64,000 nucleotides of DNA from positions 124,001 to 188,000 of the IMG/VR virus record IMGVR_UViG_3300033049_000066. One strand, 5' to 3'. The translations under genes were made by a program, and so were the position numbers. The notes under the pieces were generated by a model, which was not told the origin of the DNA, made no database searches, and saw only the letters and a list, made by a program, of their open reading frames with translations. Below are positions 45,100 to 55,482 of the stretch, piece by piece. The first letter of the stretch is position 1; every line of letters starts with the position of its first letter.

Positions 45100-45476
45100 G
45101 TACAGCACAAGACACATTCAATCGATTAAAGTACGACATTCAAATACATGCTGATGGCACTAAAATTTGGTACAAGCATGGCGAAAGACATAGAACAGAT
45201 GGGCCAGCCGTTGAACAGCTAAATGGTGACAAATTTTGGTACAAAGATGGCAAAAGACACAGAACAGATGGGCCAGCGATTGAATACGCGGATGGTGATA
45301 AAAAATGGTATCAGCATGGCAGATTACATAGAGATGACGGTCCAGCCGTTGAACACGCCGACGGCACCAAAATTTGGTACAAGAATGGTAAAAAACACAG
45401 AGATGATGGGCCTGCTATTGAATATCCAAATTGTGACAAATTTTGGTACATAAATGGCGAGCTAATAGACAAATGA
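45096..45476 (+). CDS. HR(E/D)DGPA-repeat protein
   Basis: ATGA-coupled; same leader. Confidence 0.85.
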   Translation: MSTAQDTFNRLKYDIQIHADGTKIWYKHGERHRTDGPAVEQLNGDKFWYKDGKRHRTDGPAIEYADGDKKWYQHGRLHRDDGPAVEHADGTKIWYKNGKKHRDDGPAIEYPNCDKFWYINGELIDK

Positions 45477-45991
45477 ATACTGCACAAGACATATTTGATC
45501 GCCTGAAGTACGACATCCAAATAGATGCCTGTGGTGACAAATTTTGGTACCAAAACGGTAAAAGACATAGAGATGACGGGCCAGCTATCGAGTACGCAGA
45601 TAGCAGCAAAGAGTGGTACAAGCATGGCGAAAGACATAGAACAGATGGACCAGCCGTTGAACAGCTAAATGGCGAGCGACATTGGTACAAGGATGGCAAA
45701 AGACATAGAGAAGATGGCCCCGCATTTGTATCAACAAATGGCACCAAGCACTGGTACAAGCATGGCAAATTACACCGAGAAGATGGGCCATCAATTGAGC
45801 TAGCAAATGGCGACCAACATTGGTACATAAATGGCAAAAGACACAGAGAAGATGGACCAGCTATTGAACAGGTAAATGGCGACCGAAGTTGGTACCAAAA
45901 TGGTGAAAGACATAGAGAAGATGGCCCGGCAATTGAATACTCAGATGGCACCAAGCACTGGTACTTAAATGGTGAAAGAATATACAAATGA
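45473..45991 (+). CDS. HR(E/D)DGPA-repeat protein
   Basis: ATGA-coupled; MNTAQDIFDRLK. Confidence 0.85.
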   Translation: MNTAQDIFDRLKYDIQIDACGDKFWYQNGKRHRDDGPAIEYADSSKEWYKHGERHRTDGPAVEQLNGERHWYKDGKRHREDGPAFVSTNGTKHWYKHGKLHREDGPSIELANGDQHWYINGKRHREDGPAIEQVNGDRSWYQNGERHREDGPAIEYSDGTKHWYLNGERIYK

Positions 45992-46368
45992 ATACAGCAC
46001 AAGACACATGGGATTGCTTAAAATACGACATCCAAATAGATGCCTGTGGTGACAAATTTTGGTACCAAAATGGTGAAAGACATAGAGATGATGGGCCAGC
46101 TATCGAGTACGCAGATAGCAGCAAAGAGTGGTACATAAATGGGCTATCGCACAGAGATGATGGACCAGCTATTGAGTACGCGGATGGTGACAAGTTTTGG
46201 TACATAAATGGTAAAAGACATAGAGAAGATGGGCCAGCTGTTGAGCTAGCAAATGGCGGCCGAAGTTGGTTCGTTAATGGTGAATTACATAGAGAAGATG
46301 GACCAGCTGTTGAACTAGCAAATGGCGACCGAAGTTGGTACATAAATGGTAAAAGAATATATAAATAG
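45988..46368 (+). CDS. HR(E/D)DGPA-repeat protein
   Basis: ATGA-coupled; MNTAQDTWDCLK. Confidence 0.85.
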   Translation: MNTAQDTWDCLKYDIQIDACGDKFWYQNGERHRDDGPAIEYADSSKEWYINGLSHRDDGPAIEYADGDKFWYINGKRHREDGPAVELANGGRSWFVNGELHREDGPAVELANGDRSWYINGKRIYK

Positions 46369-46428
46369 AGGTTGACAGTATAGGTAAATACTGTTATAAT
46401 AAGTACATAAACATCAATTAGGGAGCCT

Positions 46429-47508
46429 ATGCAGATGATGAAAAAACAATACGATTTAGTCGTTTATATCGGCAGATTTCAACCAAGACACAACGGCCAC
46501 CGCGAAACAGAGCGGATAGCGTCGACATTAGCAGATAATGTGCTAATACTAATCGGGTCCGCAAATGGGCCTCGCACTACACGAAACCCCTGGACATACA
46601 AAGAACGTGCTGCTGAAATCCGCGAGGATTCCGAAGTCATGAATCTCATGATCGACGGATTAGATGATTACACGTACAATAATAACAAGTGGGTACAGCA
46701 AGTTGGTGAGAAAGTTCAACGTGCGATCGACAAGGTTATTGAAATTGATTTATACACTTCTTCACCGGATTCGCTCAGCAAAGGTGACACCGTTAACGTC
46801 GCAATTGTAGGGCATGATAAAGATCACACTAGTGATTATCTAAACAATTTCCCCCAGTGGGATTACATCGAAGTTCCAGCATATCCTTCAAGCACTGATA
46901 GAATTGATTCCACTAAAATTAGACAGCTAATGTTCAGTGGACAATTGTCATTTATTGACGGGGTGGTTCCGGGCAGTCAAGTCCGTGATTTTACAAAGTC
47001 CAAGGAATTTGCAGGATTACTTGACGAATGGAACTACATCGCAGAATATAAAAAAGCTGCTAGCGCCGCACCGTACGAAACGATCTACACAACCGTAGAC
47101 GCTGTCGTTGAACAAAGTGGGCACGTTCTGCTCGTTCAACGAGGCAGTTTCCCCGGCAAAGGCTTGTGGGCAATGCCCGGTGGATTTATTAATCCCAAGG
47201 AAAGAATTGTAGATGGCATTATTCGTGAACTACGTGAAGAAACAAAACTTAAAGTACCCGAGAAAGTACTGCGAGGATCAATCACGCACCGAGACGTTTT
47301 TGACGATGTCGAGCGTTCGACACGTGGGCGCACAATTACTCACACTGCGTTAATCCAATTAGATAATGCATCCTCATTACCAAAAGTGAAAGGAAGTGAC
47401 GATGCGATGAATGCCAAGTGGTTCTCACTTGCAGAGTTTGAAACAATGAAAAATATCATGTTCGAAGATCACTATTCGATTATAAAAAATATGCTGAGTA
47501 GAGCATAA
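46429..47508 (+). CDS. nadM: Bifunctional NMN adenylyltransferase / Nudix ADP-ribose pyrophosphatase (NadM-Nudix)
   Basis: YIGRFQPRHNGH, RNPW, STKIR; Nudix PGG..RELREET; RGRTIT; GSDDA. Confidence 0.92.
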   Translation: MQMMKKQYDLVVYIGRFQPRHNGHRETERIASTLADNVLILIGSANGPRTTRNPWTYKERAAEIREDSEVMNLMIDGLDDYTYNNNKWVQQVGEKVQRAIDKVIEIDLYTSSPDSLSKGDTVNVAIVGHDKDHTSDYLNNFPQWDYIEVPAYPSSTDRIDSTKIRQLMFSGQLSFIDGVVPGSQVRDFTKSKEFAGLLDEWNYIAEYKKAASAAPYETIYTTVDAVVEQSGHVLLVQRGSFPGKGLWAMPGGFINPKERIVDGIIRELREETKLKVPEKVLRGSITHRDVFDDVERSTRGRTITHTALIQLDNASSLPKVKGSDDAMNAKWFSLAEFETMKNIMFEDHYSIIKNMLSRA

Positions 47509-47538
47509 ACTATTGCGCGGAGTGCGCAGGAGAAAAGT

Positions 47539-47853
47539 ATGAAAATTATAGCAACCACAACCGAGAAGAACTTTTTAGTAGAAGCTACTGAATCTGAACT
47601 TATGACATTAGTTGGTCTCTCAAATACTAATAATGCACGGTCACAAGATTTTAAACATAGTCGGTTACGAGTTAATGGCGAAATTGATGTTAGTAAATTC
47701 GCCAAGACCGCATCTTATGTTCGGAGGATGGATGAGCAGAATTTACAAAGAATTAAGGAGTTTCTAACGGGCGCCATCGATAATATCGATGAGGCTACTG
47801 ACACTGTAAACAAAATAAACTTATTTGACATGTTAGGTGATGAAGATGAATAG
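47539..47853 (+). CDS. Hypothetical protein
   Basis: AGGAG RBS. Confidence 0.65.
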   Translation: MKIIATTTEKNFLVEATESELMTLVGLSNTNNARSQDFKHSRLRVNGEIDVSKFAKTASYVRRMDEQNLQRIKEFLTGAIDNIDEATDTVNKINLFDMLGDEDE

Positions 47854-48769
47854 CCTACTACTCGCTCACTGGTACGCACCAGAGGCGGTGAAAGAAATGG
47901 CCGACTACGTTGGTGACAGTCTCGGACTGATACAAGAAGCGCAAAGGATCAACCCTGAGAGGCTAGTATTTGCTGGGGTGAAGTTCATGGGAGAAACAGC
48001 GAAGGTTATGCTCCCTGATACTACTGTCGTTATGCCGGATATCAACGCAACGTGTTCTCTTGTTACGCAAACTAACATAGAGGATTTATATGCCTGGGAT
48101 TCCGCAAATCGAGAGACCGCTAAGAAAAATGGGCGGGACGTTACTCACATTATGTACATAAACAGTTCTGTTGATATGAAGGCAGTTGCTGACATTATTG
48201 TTACATCAGCAAATGTAAATGCGGTGGTTGAGGATGAGATCGCCAAGGGCAATAAAGTCATTTTTAGCCCTGACAAAAACATGGGCAAATACATCAACCA
48301 AGAATTTAATTATGATATGACCGTGTTCTCGTCAGTTTGCGAAGTTCACGACGCATTTAACATTAACCAGCTTAACGAAGATATGGGTGGGTGGACGGAT
48401 GGTAGCAAATTCTTAGTGGCACATCCTGAGAGTCCAATTGAGGTATTAAACAAAGCTGATTTTGTAGGCAGTACTAACAAAATGCTACAGTGGATTATTG
48501 ATTTCCCGTACAAGGTAGGCACGATTTGGGTAGCGACTGAAGCCGGACTCTTGTTTGATATGAAAAAGGCGCGGCCCGGGCTTGACATTAGGCCGGTATC
48601 CGCGTATAATGGATGTATGTGCAATGAATGTCCTTATATGAAATTAAACACCATAGACGCGGTACAGCAAGCAATAAATGGTGCCAGCGGTACTGTTATT
48701 GATTATTTAACAGATGAGCAATTGGAAGCGGCACGTAAACCAATTGAACGTATGTTAATTCTTAACTAA
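47846..48769 (+). CDS. nadA: Quinolinate synthase
   Basis: LAHWY, GDSL, GVKFMGET, TCSL, YINSS, TSAN, CEVH, AHPE, GST, TE, ECPYMK. Confidence 0.93.
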   Translation: MNSLLLAHWYAPEAVKEMADYVGDSLGLIQEAQRINPERLVFAGVKFMGETAKVMLPDTTVVMPDINATCSLVTQTNIEDLYAWDSANRETAKKNGRDVTHIMYINSSVDMKAVADIIVTSANVNAVVEDEIAKGNKVIFSPDKNMGKYINQEFNYDMTVFSSVCEVHDAFNINQLNEDMGGWTDGSKFLVAHPESPIEVLNKADFVGSTNKMLQWIIDFPYKVGTIWVATEAGLLFDMKKARPGLDIRPVSAYNGCMCNECPYMKLNTIDAVQQAINGASGTVIDYLTDEQLEAARKPIERMLILN

Positions 48770-48786
48770 AATAGAGGAGCTCTATT

Positions 48787-50253
48787 ATGAACAAAATACA
48801 AAACATGTTCGCACCACAAGCGAACGACATAGCATACACAGAAGATAAGAAATTAAACATTAGCTTGATATGCAGAATTGACAGCTATAAATTTTCGCAT
48901 CCGTTTGCCTATCCGAACGATATAAACATTGATGGGATGACCTCATACGGTGAGACCCGCGTGTCACCAAAAGATACAATCGTTCCATTTGGTATGCAAA
49001 TGCTTCTTAAGCGTTATCTTACTCAGACAATTACAATGGCTGACATTGACGCGGCTGAGGATTTTAGCACCGCACATTTCGGCAGGACACTGTTTGATCG
49101 CAGTGCGTGGGAAAAAGTTGTCCGTGAATACGCTGGCAAGCTCCCGCTGATAATCAGAGCGGTTCCGGAAGGAACAGTCATGAATGGTAGCCAGCCCATC
49201 TACTCAGTTACAGTGCTAGACAGAGATTTGTTCTGGATGAGTGCCGGCTTTGAAACGCTCATCCAACGCGCGATTTGGTACCCGACGACGATTGCCACGA
49301 TGGATTACATCGTGCGCAATGAGATGGAAGCGTTCTACGATAAGACAGGGGCTGACAAATCTTTGCTCCCGTTCGCCCTGCATGATTTTGGAGGACGTGG
49401 GGTGAGCAGTGCGGAAACCGCCGAGATTGGTGGCGCCGCGCATCTTGTTAATTTTCTAGGCAGTGACACGGTCGAGGGCGTTCTTGCTGCGAATTTCTAC
49501 TACAAGGAAGAAATGAGCGGGTTCAGCGTGTACGCTACGGAGCATGCCATACAGTGTTCCTTCGGTAGCGGGACAGATGACGCGCTACGCTATCTTAGAC
49601 GACAGCTACGCAATGCCCCGCCGGGTTCCGTCGTAAGCATTGTTATTGACGGTTACGACGTGTATCGTGAAGCAAATCTACTATGCACCGTGATGAAGGA
49701 TGAGATTATCGCCAGCAAGGCAAAGGTCGTGTTCCGGCCGGACAGTGGGGACATGATGGAAATTATCCCTCGCTTGCTATTGATGCAATCAGAAGCATTC
49801 GGTACTACAAAAACTGCCGAGGGCTACTTACAAATAAATTATGTCGGGCTCATCCAAGGGGATGGAATTGACAGAGCGATTATTAGCGAGGTCTTGGATT
49901 TAGTTACGTTCTTGGGCTTTGCGGCTGATACGGTGATGTTCGGCAGTGGAGGCGCTTTGCTACAAAAAGTGAATCGTGACACGCTGAAATTCGCACAGAA
50001 GGCCTGCGCTATTCTCGTGGATGGTGAGTGGGTTGGTATCGCAAAAGACCCAATTACCGATCACGGTAAGAAGTCCAAGGAAGGGGTATTGACTCTCGCA
50101 AGAAATATCGAGAGTGGTGAGCTAACGACGGCGCGGTTAGACCAGGGGTCGTTGCCGGCGGGGATGGAAGACGCGATGAAGCTCGTGTACTTCAAAGGGG
50201 ATTTGTTCAATGAAATTACATTCGCAGAGGTCAGAAAAAATGTTATCAAGTAA
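48787..50253 (+). CDS. nadV: Nicotinamide phosphoribosyltransferase (Nampt)
   Basis: DSYKFSH, LHDFGGRG, GSDT, ATEH, RPDSGD, QGDG, FGSGGALLQ..NRDT, KDPITD..KKSK. Confidence 0.95.
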   Translation: MNKIQNMFAPQANDIAYTEDKKLNISLICRIDSYKFSHPFAYPNDINIDGMTSYGETRVSPKDTIVPFGMQMLLKRYLTQTITMADIDAAEDFSTAHFGRTLFDRSAWEKVVREYAGKLPLIIRAVPEGTVMNGSQPIYSVTVLDRDLFWMSAGFETLIQRAIWYPTTIATMDYIVRNEMEAFYDKTGADKSLLPFALHDFGGRGVSSAETAEIGGAAHLVNFLGSDTVEGVLAANFYYKEEMSGFSVYATEHAIQCSFGSGTDDALRYLRRQLRNAPPGSVVSIVIDGYDVYREANLLCTVMKDEIIASKAKVVFRPDSGDMMEIIPRLLLMQSEAFGTTKTAEGYLQINYVGLIQGDGIDRAIISEVLDLVTFLGFAADTVMFGSGGALLQKVNRDTLKFAQKACAILVDGEWVGIAKDPITDHGKKSKEGVLTLARNIESGELTTARLDQGSLPAGMEDAMKLVYFKGDLFNEITFAEVRKNVIK

Positions 50254-50450
50254 TACACAATATTCAAATTTTGTATCGAAGTCATGCAAGGGTGAGAAAT
50301 GTCACTGCGGGGCTGCCGCATCGCACAAGGTCGCGGAGGAGATTCTCTCGGATGATCCCTTGCTGAATTTTCGACATGAGCTCACTGCGTACGTTTGTCG
50401 GTCGTGCTTCACTAAAATTATGAGCGGGTGGAGAGACCCTGGAACAAACG

Positions 50451-50927
50451 ATGACAAAATATGACTTTTCAAATGTCTACGAGGATGAGGATGGCTGGTA
50501 TCGCTTTCACATCACCGACCTCAGTGGCACGGAATTTAAAAGTCAAGAATTCTTCACAAGCGCTGACGCACTTAAAGATTTAAAATATGTGCAGGGGTCT
50601 ATCCAAGCTACTGACGAATTTTTGCTAAATTTAAATGATGGATTCTGCCCTATATGTGGGCGAGCAAATGACGGTACTATGTCTGCGCATCATTTAGTTC
50701 CTAAATGTAAGAAGGGCAAGGACACTGTTAGCATCCATCGTGTCTGTCATGATGCGATTCATGCTACCTTCACCGACAAGGAACTTTCTCGAGATTTCAA
50801 CACGGTGGAGAAGCTGCTTGGGGATGCGCGAATACAGAAATTTGTGAGATGGGTAGAGAAGAAAGCTGCGAATTTCACAAATCCTAGCATTATGAGCAAT
50901 AAGAAGAACCCAAATAAACATAAATAA
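50451..50927 (+). CDS. HNH-family protein
   Basis: CPICGR..HHLVPK...HRVCHDAIH. Confidence 0.8.
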   Translation: MTKYDFSNVYEDEDGWYRFHITDLSGTEFKSQEFFTSADALKDLKYVQGSIQATDEFLLNLNDGFCPICGRANDGTMSAHHLVPKCKKGKDTVSIHRVCHDAIHATFTDKELSRDFNTVEKLLGDARIQKFVRWVEKKAANFTNPSIMSNKKNPNKHK

Positions 50928-50997
50928 GAGGTTGACTACTTATACAAGATGCTGTATAATGTAATTACATTCTTACACTATCTCCTGGAGGGGAAAA

Positions 50998-51978
50998 ATG
51001 AAATATCTATATCTTTTAATATTTACAATCGCACTGGCTGGTTGTTCGGGTCAGGATGGCACCGGGACACAAGGATTACCCGGAAGAGACGGAACAGATG
51101 CTCCACTACCAGTAGTGGATCTGTGTTTAATTACGCTCCCTGAGAACAATTTGTTGCTTGGCATAGTGACAGAAGATATGACCATCACACTTGCTGATTC
51201 ACCATACAATGCCACTGGGAGTACGTTACGACTTGCGTCATATGTTACCCTTACTATCGAAGCCGGTGTTGAAATATACGGTGGATCTATTCTCGTTGAT
51301 GGCATACTAGAAGTGGCAGGCACAAAAGAACAGCCGGTTATATTTCACGATGCAGAGATTCAAGTTGCAAGCTACGAAGAAGGCACTGCGGAAATTAACA
51401 TCAACTATGCCGTGTTTAACAAAGGGAAGTTACTAACCAAAGAAAAACCTTATTTCAGCAGCTCGATTCGTAATTCTGTGTTTCAGAAAACAGATTCAAT
51501 ATTAATTTATCGGCCACTGTACGATATAACCGTGGAGAGAAACATCTTTCTTAATGCTGGTGGTCTTACGATCGGAACACAATCCGCTATAGTGACTGTT
51601 CGCAATAACTATATGTATAATCCGGTTATCGGCGGAACATCTGTTGGCGGGATTCTAAATGAGTTTGCTTATTCCGGCAGTGTCATTGTTGAATATAACA
51701 GTTTCGTAAATATATCAGAACAAGCGATTGGATATGCCTCCGATGCTGAAGCTGCGAGCATAGCTGCTGATTCCAATTATTGGGGCACGATTGATCCTGA
51801 CACAATCACTGATTTTATACTTGATAGTCAAGACAATGGCACTGATGTTGGTGACGGCGGAACCTACTATGGATTCATAATCGACAGCAATCCATTGATA
51901 GGTCATCATGCGCATACACCAATTCCTGCAGACTTAAACAATGACGGCGTGCCGGATGCTATAAATGCGTGTTTGTAG
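50998..51978 (+). CDS. Lipoprotein with short collagen-like stretch and beta-helix-like domain
   Basis: Lipobox LAGC; GxY triplets; DSPY..LTIEAGV; NYWG. Confidence 0.75.
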   Translation: MKYLYLLIFTIALAGCSGQDGTGTQGLPGRDGTDAPLPVVDLCLITLPENNLLLGIVTEDMTITLADSPYNATGSTLRLASYVTLTIEAGVEIYGGSILVDGILEVAGTKEQPVIFHDAEIQVASYEEGTAEININYAVFNKGKLLTKEKPYFSSSIRNSVFQKTDSILIYRPLYDITVERNIFLNAGGLTIGTQSAIVTVRNNYMYNPVIGGTSVGGILNEFAYSGSVIVEYNSFVNISEQAIGYASDAEAASIAADSNYWGTIDPDTITDFILDSQDNGTDVGDGGTYYGFIIDSNPLIGHHAHTPIPADLNNDGVPDAINACL

Positions 51979-52030
51979 TAGCAACTAGCTAATCCAATCT
52001 AATTATCAAATCGAACTTGGACGTAATACA

Positions 52031-52927
52031 ATGAAATACCTTTATCTTTTAATAGCTGTGATGGCAATCTCATCGTGCAGTGGACCAAACAAGATCACCT
52101 TTACTGATACTGGGCGGTGGAGGTTGGCTGCTGACGCAGAACCAATTGTAGAAACCTTAGTAGGGCACGAGGTTGAAAATACCAAGCCCGAACCGGAAAT
52201 AGTCGAGCCCGAACCGGAAATAGTCGAGCCCGAACCGGAAGATTCAATCTATCTTCTCAATCCGGCGCTTTCACAAACACTAATTTACACAGGGCCGATG
52301 TCCGGCAAGGTAGACTTCGCAGTCGGGTCGCGTACTTTCATAGCGGATCAGATACGGTTTGCTCCAGCGGTGTGGGCTCGGTGTGATGGGGGTGGTTACG
52401 CAAGCGTAGAGGGTGATGAATGTACGCCTCTAGAAAATACTAATACCGCCCGGTGGGGGAAACTCACAAAGCAGATTGCTCCGTACTTAGAATCCGAGGA
52501 TGAGCCAGATGAACACACGCTGTTCACAGAAGCTGATCGCAATGTCATTGAAGTAATTGGTGGTACTCGCTATGGGGTACTGAGCTTAACTGCTGCTATT
52601 ACCAGTGTGCCATCAACACTAGAATCATCGCAGCGCGGGGAGATCTACACATTAAATCATAGCTGGCGGGGTTACCCTTCGTACCTGTCTGTAGAAACAC
52701 AAATTTCCGATGACAATGAATACGCCTGTACTAGAATTTTAATTACAGCACTGGGGTATTTTGCACTAGAGAATGAAATCCCGAGCATTATTGTGGATGA
52801 AATTATATGTGGAAATGAGCGCTATGATCTTGTGTTATCGAATGATTCAGTTGTATGGACTATGTTTTACCCGACATTCTCTATGGAAATTGAGCAAGTA
52901 ATTGCTAGTACTAGAATCGTACAGTAA
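52031..52927 (+). CDS. Lipoprotein with EPEIVEP tandem repeat
   Basis: Lipobox ISSC; signal MKYLYLLI identical to upstream gene. Confidence 0.7.
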   Translation: MKYLYLLIAVMAISSCSGPNKITFTDTGRWRLAADAEPIVETLVGHEVENTKPEPEIVEPEPEIVEPEPEDSIYLLNPALSQTLIYTGPMSGKVDFAVGSRTFIADQIRFAPAVWARCDGGGYASVEGDECTPLENTNTARWGKLTKQIAPYLESEDEPDEHTLFTEADRNVIEVIGGTRYGVLSLTAAITSVPSTLESSQRGEIYTLNHSWRGYPSYLSVETQISDDNEYACTRILITALGYFALENEIPSIIVDEIICGNERYDLVLSNDSVVWTMFYPTFSMEIEQVIASTRIVQ

Positions 52928-53001
52928 CCGCAAATAGAGGTTGACTTCCTGAGCTACTTGTCGTATAATGTATATAACAGTTAGAGAAAGGAGCAAAGAT
53001 T

Positions 53002-53235
53002 ATGGGAATAACGATAGATCAACAAAATAAACTCGTAACGAAAGCTGAAACAAAGAAAGATGGGTGTTACAGATATGATGGGTTCGCATACCGTGTGCGT
53101 GACTGTGGCGTCACGCACATTGGTGGTAAAGGTGAGATTCTAGCATGTTATGGTAGTTTCAATGTATTCGTATCCAGATATGATTGGCACACAGATCATG
53201 ACAAAGTTGCACAAGACATCCTTCGTAAAATATAG
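53002..53235 (+). CDS. Hypothetical protein
   Basis: Behind promoter cassette 52941-52969. Confidence 0.65.
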   Translation: MGITIDQQNKLVTKAETKKDGCYRYDGFAYRVRDCGVTHIGGKGEILACYGSFNVFVSRYDWHTDHDKVAQDILRKI

Positions 53236-53320
53236 GTAAAAATATGAAATTAACGAAACAAAGAGACATAGGCGATCTTAAGCCATGGCCTTGGTAATTA
53301 ATCAGGAAATAGGTAAAAAT

Positions 53321-53617
53321 ATGAAATTAGCGACGGATGGAGATGGGTTTTTAATTGATCGCACTGACTGGACTGCTGAGGTTATGCTAGAGCTAGCTAA
53401 ACAGAGCGAAATTGAAATAACTGACGACGTACAGGTCCTGGTGACGCAGGTGAGGCAAATGTACGAAGATGATGGCGTGGTACCTGCATTGCGTGTTTTT
53501 AGCAAGGCTACAGGTGGTGATCGCAAAGGAACGCACTTAAATCAGATTTTTGACGGTGGTCCCATGAAAAAACTGGCGAAAATCGCTGGATTGCCCAAGC
53601 CAACTGGCTGCGTGTAA
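53321..53617 (+). CDS. TusE/DsrC-family sulfur-relay protein
   Basis: TDGDGFL..DW..; F.GGP.K..AKIAGLPKPTGCV. Confidence 0.9.
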   Translation: MKLATDGDGFLIDRTDWTAEVMLELAKQSEIEITDDVQVLVTQVRQMYEDDGVVPALRVFSKATGGDRKGTHLNQIFDGGPMKKLAKIAGLPKPTGCV

Positions 53618-53644
53618 AATAGACAAAATACCTTAGATATTTAC

Positions 53645-53730
53645 TAAGTCATTGATTCTTTGTAAATTAGAGGTTGACCTTTGGTGTTATATGTCATATA
53701 ATGTATATAACAATTAGATAACAAGCAATG
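53645..53730 (+). promoter_or_regulatory. Repeated early promoter cassette
   Basis: IHF box 53645; TTGACC 53674; TATAAT 53697. Confidence 0.85.
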
Positions 53731-54067
53731 GAATAAAGATTATGAATAAATCACAAACATTAATAAACGAAATCGCCAATGAAATTGCTGATTTAGTATA
53801 CGAACGCAATACACTAAGCAACGACGAAAGTGAAGTAATTGCACGAGAAATTATCGCGAAAGTATTAAAAACAGTTTTTAATAAATAGGAAGAAGATTAT
53901 GCCCAACTCCCAAGATAACGCAGAACGTACCACAAGCAGAGCGGTTTCCAGCTTGCATTTTTGGATGAATTTAGCTGATGATTGTGAAGCTGGTAGCGGT
54001 AGTGAAGCGTACTGCCTAAGAAATGCTCGTATTTGGGCAAAGCAAATTTTTTGTAAGGAGAGCTCCA

Positions 54068-54259
54068 ATGGTTGAAGTTAAAATTATAGCTGTAAATTTG
54101 CGCACCAATGAAGTGTATACCGATTATTCAATATTTTCTAGTTTTGAAAAAGCTACGGCGTGGGGTGATGCTGCTAACAAAGAGAACCCAGGTTCTGTGC
54201 TTGATGTAGTAGATGAAATCGACTGGAATCACACAGAAGACAAATACGAGTACAAATAA
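54068..54259 (+). CDS. Hypothetical protein
   Basis: AAGGAG RBS. Confidence 0.55.
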   Translation: MVEVKIIAVNLRTNEVYTDYSIFSSFEKATAWGDAANKENPGSVLDVVDEIDWNHTEDKYEYK

Positions 54260-54706
54260 ATGAAGATGAAATTCACTTATGTAGACGTGACTGGTGAAGG
54301 TTGCGAAGGTTCGCTAAATTTGTTTTTTGGTGATACCTTCATCGCTCTTGTTGACGATGCGAAACTTGCGACTGAAATCAGAAAAGTACACGGCGCCAAA
54401 GCTGCTGAGAAACTAGATTCGTTCAATGAAATTCTGGTTCTGGACCTTGTTGCGAAAACTAGCGACGCATATTCCTATGATCGATACGGTGAAGATGAGT
54501 GGGAAAACATCACCCGTTTACTGGTTAAGAAAGGGCATCCGCGCAAGGAAATTTTAGCTGTATTGCGTTCTAAGCACATGCGGTGGTCAGCCGACGGTCT
54601 TGGTGCGAATGTTCAGGGCTTTATTAGGTACTACAACAGCGACACTATAACTAAAAATAAACCAGCTTGGATGCACAGATTGATGCAACGACTTCGCATA
54701 GCCTAA
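54260..54706 (+). CDS. Hypothetical protein
   Basis: ORF; DAYSYDRYG...LRSKHMRW. Confidence 0.65.
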   Translation: MKMKFTYVDVTGEGCEGSLNLFFGDTFIALVDDAKLATEIRKVHGAKAAEKLDSFNEILVLDLVAKTSDAYSYDRYGEDEWENITRLLVKKGHPRKEILAVLRSKHMRWSADGLGANVQGFIRYYNSDTITKNKPAWMHRLMQRLRIA

Positions 54707-54716
54707 AGAGGTAATT

Positions 54717-54974
54717 ATGGAATTTTTCTTTATCGTAGCAGCAGTAATAATTTTAATCGAAGCTATTGAATTTTATAGCGGCGATCGTAATGCAACTGGT
54801 CAACCCAAAAAGAAATGGTATTATAAGGCTAGCACGAGCGGCCTTAAATTGTACATCGATCACGAAACTGGCGTTCATTATATTAAGGGCGGGTTTTTTG
54901 ATAAAATGCAAGTAAGAATTAACGCAGATGGAACACCGTACATAGCTAAACAAACAACCGAGGACATAACATGA
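54717..54974 (+). CDS. Small membrane-anchored protein
   Basis: TM + YIDHETGVHY..RINADGTPY. Confidence 0.65.
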   Translation: MEFFFIVAAVIILIEAIEFYSGDRNATGQPKKKWYYKASTSGLKLYIDHETGVHYIKGGFFDKMQVRINADGTPYIAKQTTEDIT

Positions 54975-55261
54975 ACAGAACTTTTGACAGAGAAACACTA
55001 ACAAAAATGCTACACAATGAAATTTTATCAGTTACCTTCACCAAGAAAGACGGCACCGACAGAGTGATGAGATGTACGCTCCAAGCAAGTCTCCTCCCTG
55101 CGGTCGTCGTCAAGGAAGGTGAGGTGAAGAAGACAAAGAAGGTCAACGAGGATGTGCTCGCAGTCTATGATTTAGACAAGAAAGCGTTCCGCTCGTTCCG
55201 CATAGATTCGATCAAGGATGATGGCGTGGTATCTCTCCCGTCGGGCAAATTAAATGGATGA
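54971..55261 (+). CDS. WYL-like/SH3-fold phage protein
   Basis: VTFTKKDGTDRVMRCT...VYDLDKKAFRSFRID. Confidence 0.8.
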   Translation: MNRTFDRETLTKMLHNEILSVTFTKKDGTDRVMRCTLQASLLPAVVVKEGEVKKTKKVNEDVLAVYDLDKKAFRSFRIDSIKDDGVVSLPSGKLNG

Positions 55262-55481
55262 TGAACAGGATCGTCAGGATCGGCGTGATGCGATGATTTT
55301 AAAATCTATGTCGACTGTACTAAGGAATGCTCGCGCGATCAATTCCGACACAAGCGGGTACTACGAAGTTGAGAAAAGTCAGGACGAGAAATTACGCAAA
55401 GAATACCCAGCGCTCAATGACGCCTGGGAGAAATACCAAACAGTGCTGGTTATCTGCAAACACGCACACGAGAACAAATGA
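55254..55481 (+). CDS. Hypothetical protein
   Basis: LRKEYPALNDAWEKYQ. Confidence 0.65.
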   Translation: MDDEQDRQDRRDAMILKSMSTVLRNARAINSDTSGYYEVEKSQDEKLRKEYPALNDAWEKYQTVLVICKHAHENK

Positions 55482-55482
55482 T

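Noticed and set aside
44788-46368. Diversity-generating retroelement acting on the repeat proteins
   Set aside because: No reverse transcriptase in the window, no non-coding template copy, and differences are not restricted to adenines.
53321-53617. Calling the gene dsrC
   Set aside because: Lacks the second conserved Cys; left as TusE/DsrC family.
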